NCBI GenBank assembly: GCA_036785375.1
Contig: JAWMAR010000027.1
Location: 9,796,001-9,860,000, forward strand
Length of the DNA stretch: 64,000 bases
DNA from: Leucoraja ocellata
Taxonomy: Eukaryota
Direction: 5' to 3'
A program made the translations under genes and the position numbers. A model generated the notes under the pieces. The model did no database searches. It saw nothing but the letters and a program-made list of their open reading frames with translations, and was not told the DNA's origin. Positions within the stretch are counted from its first letter, which is position 1; every line of letters begins with the position of its first letter. Below are positions 13,351 to 25,289 of this stretch, in pieces.

Positions 13351-15749
13351 TGGAGTGTCATGGATTTGAAGGAAGACTGGGAACCAATCATTAGGCAGTG
13401 AAATTGTGGCCAAATTCAGTAGAGAATTTGAGAGTGAGGATTGGCTGACAGGTGGGGTTCAATGGGCATGGATTGGTGAAGATGTGGGGGAATCAAAGGC
13501 TGGGGCAGGTCTGTAATCATTGAGGGATCTGATAGAAATGAGTCAATAGTCAGAGTAGTAGGTTGGATTAGGCTGGCAGATTGATTGCATGGAAGTGTTT
13601 TATAAGTCTCACAAACTTGCAGAGGTTGGGTTGTCACTATTTAGATGAGAAGGCCGAGAGCAGGGTAAATATATTGTTTGAAAGTACTTTGCTGAAGTGT
13701 GTCCCCATCACAGGACTCTGCAGAAGGGGAGCTGCTCAGACAAGCTCCTGTAGCTCATGCACTGTGGAGGATTGCTTCTGATGGAGCAGGCTACAAGCAG
13801 TGCAGCCACATGTATAGGAAGACAAAGTGTAGAAATCACATTACTCAGAGTAAACCTAAATTTACCATTACATTTTTTCACTCAAAATTAAACAAATATG
13901 ATGCTAACCAATCTAGTTTCTCCCCCCCCCCCCCCCCCCCTTATAATGACCTGGGTGAAGAGATGTGAATGTTGATATTAATTTATCCTAATAGATAGCT
14001 TAACCAATTTTGCTTTCCACATTCAATTAGCTAACAGCGAAATGTATATTTGATGCATTAATGGTTTTCTGCTTTTTGCCTGTGTGATCCTTGGGAGGTT
14101 GGATGCATCCAAGATACGTGACCACAATATGTAGTCATTTAATTGAAAACAGGACGTGTTATGATAATGATGTCAATGGAATTGGCTGTAACACATTCTG
14201 TAATTGGTTGGATGCCTTTATTGATCAACAATGCCACTGTTTTCCATGTTGCTAATCATTATTTATCTTTTTTCTTTATTGTGAGACTAGGAAATAATTA
14301 AAATATTGTCTGCTTCCTATTATGAAAGTCAAATATGAAGCTGGGTTTTCCATTATATTAGATGGACATTGCTATGCAGACTGCATTCCATCATTGTTTG
14401 CATCTTTTTACATTTGAACCAGAATTTCCCTGCATCTCCACAGGCAGAAACAATAATTATGTTTAAAGTTAAATACCTAAAAATGCAATAAAACAGCGAG
14501 GAGTTGTGCATGCTGTATGTGTTCTGAATGTTTATCATTTATAGCCAAACCCCACCCTCCCTAGTTAGGGCCATAAATTACGTAGGCTGTATTGTGATTT
14601 TCCGCAATGCATCATCGGTGCATTTATGAAGAAGCGAGAGTTGAAAAAGGAAAGTTATTGTATATTTACTTAACAGATAAATTCATTGAGAGTTAAATTT
14701 AAACAGTATCAGCTCCTCCATGCAAGAAGGTCTGAGATTCTTCATCAGTAAAGATTCAAGGATGTGCTTAAAAGCTCCATGATGAAATGTAACATCCACA
14801 CTGTCTCCCGGGAAAATGCTGAGCCATGAAAGTGGAGAAGGGGTATTTGGGATGGCGTTAAGAAGCTCAAGCCCATGAACTGGAGGCACATTGAAGTCTG
14901 TATAAGCAACGCATCAGCTCACAAACTGTCCACACACTCGCACCAGGTACCCAATGTCAAAGAGTCTGGGCTTCCCATATTGGTCTCAACACTTCAGAAC
15001 CAACCAAACCACTGTGAAAGTAAGTCATCCTCAATACTCAAAGACTGTCTGAAAAGAGGATGACAATGGGGAAAAACAATAAGTAGAATCTTACCTTGGT
15101 GGAGAGAGAGTATGGAACACCTATATGAAAACAATTGACTGGCTTTATACATGAAACATGGAAACATTGTGCACAGGTGGAGCACATAATATAGAAGAAT
15201 GTTGGTGTTTAATATAGAAGGGACGCTAAAATATTGCTACTTCTGGTGATGGTTTGGCGAGACTACACTGGGAGTCTTACACTTAGTTTTGATCTCTTTA
15301 TTCAAGGAAGGATGTGCCAAAATTGGAGACAATTTGGGAAGTGATTCCTGGGCTGAAGGGATTGTCTTATGCGGAAAGGGCAAGCTTTGGAATTTAGGGG
15401 AATGATAGGCAGGTCTCATTGAAGCATCCATGATTGTGAGATGAACTGGACAAGGCAGACAGTGAGAGAGCTGTGGGTGAATTGTGATTTACTGGAAGGG
15501 CAAGGGTTTGGCCACATAAGACAAAAATGTGGAGGAATTTCTTCCCTTCAAGCATCATGACTGCTAAGGATTCTTTATCAAAAGCAGTGGAGGCTGAGAT
15601 ACATATTTTAAAGGCTTAGGAAGATGAATGTTTTGACTATGAAAAAGTCACGAGTTATAAGTATTAAGCAGACAAGTGAAGTTAAGGAGAAAGAACAGAT
15701 CAGCCATCATGTTATTGAATAGCAGAGTAAAATCGGGTATCCAGTGGTC

Positions 15750-15974
15750 TACACCAAAGAGAAACACAAGTTGCTGGAGTAACTCAGCGGGATAGGCAGC
15801 ATCTCTGGATAGAAGAAATGGGTGATGTTTCGGGTCAAGACCCATTTTCAGACCGTCTTGATCCGAAATGTCACCCATTCCTTCTATCCAAAGATGCTGC
15901 CCGTCCCGCTGAGTTACTCCAGCATTTTGTGTCTATCTTCAGTTTAAACCAGCATCTGCAGTTCCTTCCTACAC
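15750..15974. mobile_element. Fold-back pair of short PLE-derived elements with 11-bp TSD
   Basis: Minus copy followed by plus copy; flanked by atccagtggtc (15739-15749 and 15975-15985). Confidence 0.85.
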
Positions 15975-17369
15975 ATCCAGTGGTCGACTCGTGTGCCGAT
16001 TTCTTATGTTGGCAATGTGTTGCCCTTGCCAGCACCAGAATAGCCAAGAAGGAAAGGAAAAAATACTCCCTTATATACAGCTAGAACTAGGAACAATGCT
16101 AAATTTCACATATGTGGAACTCTTCCTGGTCACATACTGTTCTGCATTATGATTTATTGGGTCTCTACCAGAAATTAAACAAACTCTGTTCACTCTTCTC
16201 TGTTCATTCTATATCTCCAATAATCTGCAAGTTCTGATTTTCACAGCACTCCAGCTTGTAAGTATCGTTGATCTCATGAAAATGAAAATGTTCTGCCCTT
16301 CAGTTTAGCCTTTAATTTATTTCTTTGTAGGGTTAAAATTGCACTGGGGAATGATAGTAAAATAACTTTAACTGAAACACAGACTTCAAATGGCAATTCA
16401 TTTTTATATGAAATCAATAAAAATGAACTTAAACCATTGCACCTGTTTTCTGAATTAAGCTGAAGCATAAAAAAAACTATTTTTGGAATGGTGAGTAAGA
16501 TCATCCATTATTACATTAAAAGGTCATTTAAAACAATGAACTGATAGATGATGAAATCAAATTGTACTTGGTATTACCATTATTAGAAAAACAATGTCCC
16601 TACTGAATTTTTTGTACGATGTAAGTGCTTTAATATTTGTTTTAATACGTCTCGCTAACCCTTTTTAATTTCCTGAGTTGAACCCAGATGTTTACCAAGA
16701 TTCGTCCTCAATGCAGAAATTTCCAATGTTTGAAAACACAACAAAACTAACACCTACTATTCAGGGTTATTTATTGCGAGTATTAGCACATAATTATTCT
16801 CAATTTTCATTCTTTTAGGAGCTGTTCAGTACTTATGTCAAATTTACAGCCCAGAAACAGACCATTCATTCCAAGCGGTGTATGCTCCACTACTTCCTTA
16901 TTTCGTCCATTCAGCGTGAGGTTCTATTCCATTTTTCCTGCTGTATTTTTCTTTTAAATAGAGAAATATTGTTAATTTAATCTACCAAGTCACGATGCCC
17001 CAATTTCCCACTCATTCTTTAGGTAATGGTGTTTCTGCTAACTCACTGTTAGATTTATTGATGACAAATTTATATGTTTATGGTAACCATTTTAGGGTCA
17101 CTTCACATCTGGAAAAGTAGTTCTATGAGTAATAACATTTTATTGCAGACTAGTTGAGGATATATATGAAATAAAAATCTTGAGCTGAAAGAAGTTGTGA
17201 ATGGCATCTTCTTTTCAATGACTTTAGTTTAACTTTGAATGCAACAATAATCATTCCCTGTTGCAATCTTGCAATACTGGGTCTGGAATTTCCTTTGTGG
17301 TTCTGCTCACTGCCAATGTCACTGGAAGTGCAGTGGGAATGCAGAGATAATTGGTAAGAATGTTACATT

Positions 17370-17520
17370 AAACATGGAAGCATCCATTAGATAGGCACAT
17401 GGATGTGCAGGGTATGGAGGGAAGATGGACCATGTGCATGCAGATGAGCTTAGTTTAACTTGGCATCGTGGTCAGCACAGACATTGTGGGCCAAAGGGTC
17501 TGTTCCTGTGCTTTATTTTG
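17370..17520 (+). mobile_element. CR1 LINE 3' tail
   Basis: ttagataggcacatggatgtgcagggtatggaggg...gggccaaagggtctgttcctgtgct. Confidence 0.7.
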
Positions 17521-19989
17521 CTACATGCCATGTTCTTAGTACTTTATATTTAAGAAGGACATTGCTGATCAAAACCCAACCAAAACAAAACGATTGGTAG
17601 AAAACAATGGCAAAGATTATATGTGCATTAATGCTTATTTTTAATGCATCTATCAGCAGTTCTTGATTGCATGTTTCCATAAAATAATGGAGTTCTTTTA
17701 ACTGGTCCAAATTCCACCACCCCAGCAATCAACATCCAAACAAGAATAACTGGACATCCATCTCATTACAATTGGTGGAATCTTGCAGTGCACACAATGG
17801 CATCTGCTTGTACTTCATTACTTAGGGTCATTGTCAGAATGTATTAATTGTACGTGTTGTGCTGTGGGATACTTCTGGGAATATAACTTAGAAGGTGCAG
17901 TGTTTGTTTGAGCATGGGCATGTCCTCCCTGTAGCCATATGTGTTCATATTGTGATCCGAATAGGGCAGGGGAGTCATGCGGTATTCCTGCTTTGCCACA
18001 ATGTAACATTGTCGCAGATAGACTGCAATATTCAGTCTGCCACTTAAAGTCCCAACATGTAAATATTGTAGTTTAAGTGTTCTGTCAAACAAATAAATCA
18101 CTACCTCTTTGGATATTTATATGCTGCGTCCCAATGCATTCAGGAAGACATTACATAGATTTGTCTTTCATATTTTAAACTAAAGCAGTCGAAAATGTTC
18201 ATTATAATTATTTACAACTTTTTAAAATGATCATTGATGATGTCAATCATTCTTCAAGTTCAGGTCCAGTAATCATGTTACCTCTTTGGACATTATCTAG
18301 TTTAGTTTGCCTTTCGTCTCAAAGGGCAAATACAGTCAATTACGCAGATGCATAAAAAGTGGTTAACCAATATAAACATGCCAAATGGTTAATTTTTAAA
18401 ACATAACAGATACTGATTAACACAAAATGTTAATCAGCAGGTCAGGCAGCATCCCATCACAGATACTGATTAACACAGGTTGTAGCAGCCCTTCAGAAGA
18501 AATCATACTCCCTTTTTGAACTGAAGAAGGACATCAAATCGTGACAATACGTTTCAATCAATTTTCATAAGAGGGTTGAATCATCACAACAGAAGAGGTT
18601 GATGTTGCAAATGAAGCAGAATAATGTATTTATCAAAGATTAATGATGTGGAATTATCCTCACTAAAATAGACACAGAATGGGAATATTGAAAATGCAAA
18701 TACTGAATAAAAGCCTGGAAATTGGATTTACAAATTATGCAAAAAAGTGGTTTTGCACTTATTCTAAGATGTAGTGACCTATTAAATTCCTGTACATTGT
18801 AAAATTGGACTGGGTGCTGTTTTTTTTTTTGCATTGCTTACATTTCTCAAGCGCCATTTACTCATGCAGTAGTGCCTTAATGTACATGATGCTCATTTCT
18901 GCCTTACCAACAAAAACGGAAGCCAACGTGTGCACACTGCGATTAGTTTTTCAAAACAAGCTAATCCTAGAGCAAGATATAAATTAAACATTTCTCAGTG
19001 GGACAATCTTACTGATTTATGAGCTTTTAATTTTCTCTATATTTCACATATCGCTGCTGTGTCTTATAGTAAAGGTAGTCAAAGCCTAGCCAGTTTTTTT
19101 TCTATTTCAACCAAATATGTTGTAAACTATAACTTAAGGTATTAACAATTTAAAAAAAACAAAGTAAATTTGGGTATTAAGACCTTCAACCCTCAAGCAT
19201 TTGCACCATAATTAATTTGCATACATTTTTGATTTTTTTTTGTTCAAAGATGTTTGTAGCATTATACAGGAAATGTTGTGATATTGCAAAAGTTACACTC
19301 CAAAAATAATCCTTGCACGATAAGATGATTGCATTATGCAAACAATCATGTCTGTGGGGAAAAGATGGTTAGGGGCTGGTTTTTGACTCAAAATAACAAG
19401 TTTCTTTCACTGGATTTTCAAAAACAAAGGTCTTTGTGATAGCTATTAGTTTATTTTTATTACTGCAAGCTGAAAATACTGAAGGCTATTTGTTATTTAA
19501 TAACTATCATTGCATAAGTAACAATAGAAGCAATTGTTTATCAATTCCAATGGCAATTGTGATTTTAAGAGACAATGGTGTCTGATTACTGCAGGGATGA
19601 TACATGGAAATAGTTTTTCCAAAGACTGTTTTTCTACTTTTCAATTTCCAAAGCAACTTAAGTAGTTTTATAGTTCCCAATCAATACCATGTTATAACCA
19701 TTTCAGCCCACCTAATATAAATAATGTTAATTAATCAAACACGTTATATAACATTTGTATATTCAAAATACTTGTTATACTTACTGCAGCTATGACCCTG
19801 CAATCTCTGCAAAGCCTTGTTGCTATTATCACAACCAGCAGATTAGATCTTAGGGATGGGGTGTGACAAGAAATACATTTAGACCATCTTCATGGTAATT
19901 TCCCTCACCTCCAAGACAGTCCTTTATGATGCTGCACTCCGAGTTCCTTCCCGTGCTCACTAGCACAAAGACATGTAGATGCAAAGTCT

Positions 19990-20113
19990 TTAAGAAAGAA
20001 CTGCAGATGCTGGAAAATTGAAGGTAGACAAAAATGCTGGAGAAACTCAGCGGGTGAGGCAGCATCTACGAAGCCAAGGAAATAGGCAACGTTTCGGGTC
20101 GAAACCCTTCTTC
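19990..20113 (-). mobile_element. Short PLE-derived element with near-intact hammerhead core and 13-bp TSD
   Basis: Minus strand reads ctgaagaagggtttcgacccgaaacgttgcc (first bases overlap the TSD); flanked by agatgcaaagtct (19977-19989 and 20114-20126). Confidence 0.85.
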
Positions 20114-20461
20114 AGATGCAAAGTCTGCAGGCAACTCCTTTTGGGACAAGCTTTCATGCAGCAAGTAGAAAGGAGACCAGCTTGTTGGTTTTAAAAAAAA
20201 TGATTTTCCCCTTTTCATAGGTTTATTTCAACTGCATGTTAGCATTAAATATAGTTCTAAAGAAGGGCGAACAATTTCAAAGCAGTAAGATTTTATTATT
20301 GTTTTTCACTAAAAGTTCCTTGAATTCCTGAGTAGTGGGGAAATTTGTTTTCAAAGTTTTGGAGGAAATTTTAACTCCTGCCAATAATGCAGGAAAATAT
20401 CTAATCTACTGACATCTACCTTTAACCAGATTATATTTGCAAATGGGAAACGCTGGAGCAA

Positions 20462-20922
20462 TCGGTTTATTATTGTAAAATGTATCAAGGCACTGTGAAA
20501 AACGTTGCATGCTATCCAGGCAGACCATACCATACATGAGTACAATGGGTCAAGCAAAAAGAGAAGGAAATGGTGTGAATAATATAGTGATACACCCACT
20601 GAGAAAATTCAGGTAAAAGAAAACTGCAAAGGCTGCAACAAGGTAGATTGAAAGATCAGCAATTCATCCTCAGCTTATGAAGGGCATATTCAAGAGTCTG
20701 ATAACCATGAGGAAAAAGCTGGTCTTGAATATGTGGGGCAGTGGTGTGAGTGCACCTTGATTATGTTGGCTGCATTCCTGAGGCAGCGTGAAGTAAGCAT
20801 GGAGTTGATGGGGTTAGGCTGGTTTGCATGATGGACTGCAAACCTCGACAACAAACTTCTGCAATTTCTTGACAAAACAGTCACCGTACCAAGCTGTGAT
20901 GCACCCAAAAGGGATGTGTTCT
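20462..20922 (-). mobile_element. Degenerate Rex1/Babar-like LINE 3' fragment
   Basis: Minus-strand ORF remnant SRCLRNAANIIK..H; ends with tttacaataataaacc. Confidence 0.5.
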
Positions 20923-20949
20923 TCCCAATAGTCTGAAGAAGGGTCTCGA

Positions 20950-21745
20950 CTGGTCGGTTTACTTACCTTTTATTTCTCAACGCGCTTTACTTTCGACTAC
21001 CCTCGATTTCCTTCGACTACCCTCGATTACCTACGAATAACATACCGGCCTACTATGACCTACCTCAACTAAACCTAAGAGTAAAAAAAGTGTCGATTTT
21101 TTCCATGGCGACCTTATTTTACTCGCGGGCATTTTTCAGCAAGTTGAAAAATATGCCACGACCTAGCTGAGGCCTCAAGTACACGGGGACTGCTCTTGAG
21201 CATGAAGGAGAGTTAAAGCCCTGCCCCACTTTCACGACTTAATTCAAAACCTCTGCCGAGTTTAAAGGACCTAAAAAAATAAATCAACATCGTGGTAATC
21301 TACGAACTCCTACAGCCTTCCACGACTATGTTCACAAACTCCTACGAATTCCTACGAGTATGTCTACGAATTCCCACGACTATTTCGATGTCCTTCTTAC
21401 GAGTAAAACGTTGCAATTTCTTTCATCCCGACCATTTTTTTTTACTCGTGGTCATTTTTTATCAGGCTGGAAATAACGTCCCGACTTACCTGATGTCCTG
21501 TGTACCTACGGCTGACTTAACGAGCCAGTACGATATATCTACTAAATCCTACGACCTCCTACGAACTCGTAACGAACATTCTGCGAGTTTGAATCAAAGG
21601 GAAAACTCGGGAGAATTTGTGAATAACTCATTCAAGTGGGACAGGCCCTTTACAAAGACCTCCTAGGATCTCGTGTCGACCATGCTGCGAGTATGAGTCG
21701 AGGGCAAACTCGCCTGAACTCGTGGATTAGGTCGCCGCAGTGGAC
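20950..21745. mobile_element. Truncated PIF/Harbinger-type MITE interrupted by a second MITE
   Basis: CpG-rich (ctcgac/ctacga) subterminal repeats; ends ...aggtcgccgcagtgg; split at TTA by the element at 21216-21649. Confidence 0.55.
21216..21649. mobile_element. PIF/Harbinger-type MITE
   Basis: TIRs aagccctgccccactt and aagtgggacaggccct (13/16 match); TTA target duplication at 21213-21215 and 21650-21652. Confidence 0.8.
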
Positions 21746-21952
21746 TTTTTTTGTTACAAAATTAATTTTACCCAGTTATTTGCAATAATATTTATACGTC
21801 AAGCTATAACAAAACGCCCACCACCATAATACAAAAAAAAGCCAAATATTCCTCACAACCAAGCATCAAATTACCATATTGCAATCCTGATCCAGGATCC
21901 ACTGGTCCCTGTGCCGTGACTCGTGGATGGCCTGCTTGGCCAGGCCCAGGGG
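21746..21952 (-). mobile_element. Tx1/L1-clade LINE 3' fragment
   Basis: Minus strand reads LGLAKQAIHESRHR..QW, ending in an A-rich tail. Confidence 0.45.
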
Positions 21953-22257
21953 CAAATGATGGGGAATGACTGAGGAAGGGCAGCGGAAATCAAAATGCCA
22001 CAGTATTATTAGCAGGTGTGAAATGTCATCAAAATGCATACCGTTTATTTAATTTAAGATGTTCCCTCCAGAAATGAATGGGGCTGCTAGTGTTGCAAAT
22101 CGCTATTCAGAAACCAATATTATTTTCAATCTAATTCTGTAATTTGGATGAAATTTGTGATGTTTATTCCACACTTTAAGAGTGTGTTATTGTCATGTGT
22201 CCCAAAAACGGGACAATGACATTCCCTTACTTGTAGCAGCATGACAGATAGGGTCGG

Positions 22258-22565
22258 GAGGAACTGCAGATGCGATTTATACTGAAGGCAAATATAAAAT
22301 GCTGGAGTAACTCAGCAGGTCAGGCAGCATCTGTGGAGAAAAGGAGTAGGTGGCGTTTCACGTCGGTACACTTCTTCAGAATGAAAGTATAGGTGTTTAA
22401 GAAGGAACTGCAGATGCTGGAAAATCGTAGGTAGACAAAAGTGCTGGAGAAACTCAGCGGGCGCAGCAGCATCTATGGAGCGAAGGAAATAGGCAACGTT
22501 TCCTATTTCCTTCTCTCAATAGACGCTGCTGCACCCGCTGAGTTTCTCCAGCACTTTTGTCCACC
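22258..22565. mobile_element. Minus short PLE element (22258-22380) plus fold-back pair (22396-22565) with 14-bp TSD
   Basis: TSD tgaaagtataggtg at 22382-22395 and 22566-22579; the inversion pivots just after aacgtt. Confidence 0.85.
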
Positions 22566-22779
22566 TGAAAGTATAGGTGGTGGAGGTAAACTGACGTCGC
22601 GTACTCAGTAGACGCTTTGCGATGTCTTGATTCGTGCAGAGTGAGAAGTTCAGTGGTTCACTTGCAGAAACTCTGCGAGTCCCTGCACCATTCAATCTAC
22701 TTCACACGTTGGAGCTGACCACTGGTATCATTAATTAATGCAATGTAACTTTACATGTCCCGCTGTACAAGCGGACCAG

Positions 22780-23278
22780 GGAAACAAAACGTCGGCGGTT
22801 CCATTCCACCTAAAAAATAAACTGCACAGAAAAGTCTGAACTAATTTCCGTGACAAATATGCTCTCGTCCCCCCCTCCCCTTGCACACAACAGCGTCCCA
22901 TGGCTGAAGGTTTGTTGATTGTTATTGATGGCAACACAAACCAGAGCAAATGTCCAACCGATTGCCCGAGGAGTGACCGGCTGCCGGCCGGCGGTTACCC
23001 AAACCCCTCTGCAAATGCAGGGTTTTTTTTAAATTGTTTTGATGGAAAGGAAGCGGGGCATTTGTTTTCAGTTTGCTCTCCTTGGATAATGGATACGGTA
23101 GGCGGTCCTTCGACACCCTTCTCAGGGACGTCTCAACGAGCGGCTAAATCAGTTTCGACCCAGCAGCCGGGTTTCCTGCCGATGAGTGGTGTGGGGAATA
23201 AACTAGCGGCTGGAGGCTGTGAAACTTTCCGCGCTGGTTAGCGCTTAGCGGTGGAGTGCAGGAGAGGGTCTTCTGAAA
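22780..23278 (+). promoter_or_regulatory. CpG-rich promoter/5' UTR of the PDZRN gene
   Basis: High CpG density continuing into exon 1, against a CpG-poor background; TSS not determinable. Confidence 0.6.
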
Positions 23279-23992
23279 ATGGGATTCGACTTGGAGCGTT
23301 TCAGCGAGGAAGTAGACCCCGACTTTAAATGCAACTTGTGCAACAAAGTGCTGGAGGACCCGCTCACAACCCCTTGCGGGCACGTCTTCTGCGCCGGCTG
23401 CCTTTTGCCCTGGGTGGTGCAGCGGGGCAACTGCCCGGTGAAATGCCGTCGTGTGGCCACCAAGGAGCTGAACCACGTCCTGCCCTTGAAAAACCTCATC
23501 CTGAAGCTGGAGATCCGCTGTGACAACCACGGGCGAGGTTGCGACAAGGTGGTGCGGCTGCAACACTTGGCAGAGCACACGGAGATGTGTGATTACTCGC
23601 CGGCCGTGTGCGGCCACAAGGGCTGCGGGGAGTCGCTCAACCTGAAGGACGTGGACGCGCACATGCGGGAGAGCTGCGAGCAGCGGCCGGTCGGCGTGTG
23701 TCGGCGCGGCTGCGGGCTGGTGCTGGTACACGGCGAGCAGCGGCGGGACTCGCACTGCTGTGTGCGGGCGCTGAGGGCTCAGGGCGGAGCGTTGCAGGGG
23801 CGCCTGGCCGGCCTGGAGCGGGAGCTCAAGCTGCAGCGGGACCGCTCTGGCAAGCGGCAGAAAGCGCTGCACTCGCAGCTGTCCGCGCTGCAGAACGAGG
23901 CGCAGGTGACAGCTCTCCGCTACCAGAAGAAATTCACCGAATACAGCGCCAGGATACGCTCGCTCACCAAAAACCTCCCTGCTCAATGCAAC
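23279..23992 (+). CDS. PDZRN3: PDZ domain-containing RING finger E3 ubiquitin ligase (PDZRN3/LNX3-like), exon 1: RING, TRAF-type zinc fingers, coiled coil
   Basis: MGFDLERF...[24 protein letters not shown]...C..C (C3HC4 RING) ...[15 protein letters not shown]; 238 codons, donor gtgagt at 23993, phase 0. Paralog choice rests on overall similarity and the upstream CNTN3/4-type contactin. Confidence 0.88.
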
Positions 23993-24030
23993 GTGAGTTA
24001 CTTCAATGTGTGTGTGTGTGTATGTATGTA

Positions 24031-24150
24031 TGTAGGAAGGAACTGCAGATGCTGGTTTAAATCGAAGGTAGACTCTAAATGCTAGGGACAGGCAGCATCT
24101 GTGGAGAGAAGGAATGGGTGACATTTCGGGTCGAGACCCTTCTTCAGACT
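24031..24150 (-). mobile_element. Short PLE-derived element in intron 1
   Basis: Minus strand reads gtctgaagaagggtctcgacccgaaatgtcaccc. Confidence 0.8.
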
Positions 24151-24225
24151 GTCTGTGTATGTGTGTGTGTGTGTGTCTGTGTGTGTCTTCCCACCTAATT
24201 TTGTCAGTGTTTCTGGGTGAGAGGC

Positions 24226-24305
24226 AGGGGTGGGGGTGGGGGGGAGGGGGATGGAGGGTGGGGGGGGGGGGATGGTGGAGGGTGTGGTGGGGGGTGGTGC
24301 GGGGC
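24226..24305 (+). repeat. G-run tract (G-quadruplex potential)
   Basis: Many runs of 3 or more G separated by short loops. Confidence 0.7.
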
Positions 24306-24812
24306 CTGACAGAATGGTGCGCGCGCCCTGGGCTCGTGTCCGTGCTGAAGGTGAACGCGTGGAATTGGGTGCGTGCTGTGGAGGGTCAGGCACAGACCAC
24401 GCAGTCAAACACATACATAAATAACATATAGATATACACTACACACGCACATACACAACACAGGTGCGCACAAAACACACAGCTAACTGTCAGTTATATA
24501 CTGTGTTTGTGTGTTGCGTATCTGCTGTGTAGTGTATGTTGTGTGTGTGCGCGCATGTCATGCACACACAAGACAAACACACATAACATGTAGCCACATA
24601 CAACACACACGCATATACAGACTTCCCCTCTCACATAAAAACTTTCATACAAAGTCAGAAACTTCACAAAGGGAGATTGCTCGGGAGTCTGCCTCATGCA
24701 CATGAACCAACACCGACTCCCTCGTTGGGTTACAAACGGGAACATGTATAATCACAGACCCTTTTAGCACTGAGTGACAAACTTCATCACGTCTCTCATA
24801 TCTTGCAGATAT

Positions 24813-25008
24813 CGAGACACGAGAGACTGCGGATGCTGGAATCATGAGTAAAACACAAAGCGCTGGAGTAGCTCAGCGGGACAGGCAGTATCTGAGGGGG
24901 AAATGGACAGATAACGAGACCTTTCTTCGGACCTCAACCGTCGTCTGTCCATTCCTCGCCCCCCGCCCCCGCCCCCCGAGTTCCTCCAACACTTTGTGTT
25001 TTGCTCAC
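24813..25008. mobile_element. Degenerate fold-back PLE-derived pair
   Basis: gagtaaaacacaaagcgctggag ... ctccaacactttgtgttttgctc inverted arms. Confidence 0.65.
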
Positions 25009-25228
25009 AAATACTTTCACACAGATCCAGATTCGAGGCTCTCTCTCGCCCCCTCTGTTTAACACACACGGATACAAATCCCCAGTCACAGGCAGAGTCT
25101 CAAGTTCCCACGCAGAAATAGCCAGTCTCTCTCTCCCTCATTTTTTACAGGGACACAGAGTTGTGGACAAACTAGACACATAGGCAGACACCAGGAATAA
25201 CAGGAGCCATTGACCCTTCTTGCTCAGG

Positions 25229-25245
25229 CACAACACACACACACA

Positions 25246-25289
<44 letters not shown>

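Noticed and set aside
20990-21600. CRISPR-like short repeats
   Set aside because: Irregular subterminal MITE motifs in vertebrate DNA; no constant repeat-spacer period or cas genes
23993-24085. C-terminal 30 aa of the 268-aa ORF
   Set aside because: Read-through past a gtgagt donor into (TG)n and repeat sequence; exon 2 continues in frame
23144-24124. 326-aa minus-strand ORF and other overlapping ORFs
   Set aside because: Antisense or alternative-frame shadows of the GC-rich exon 1; the ORF starts inside a repeat
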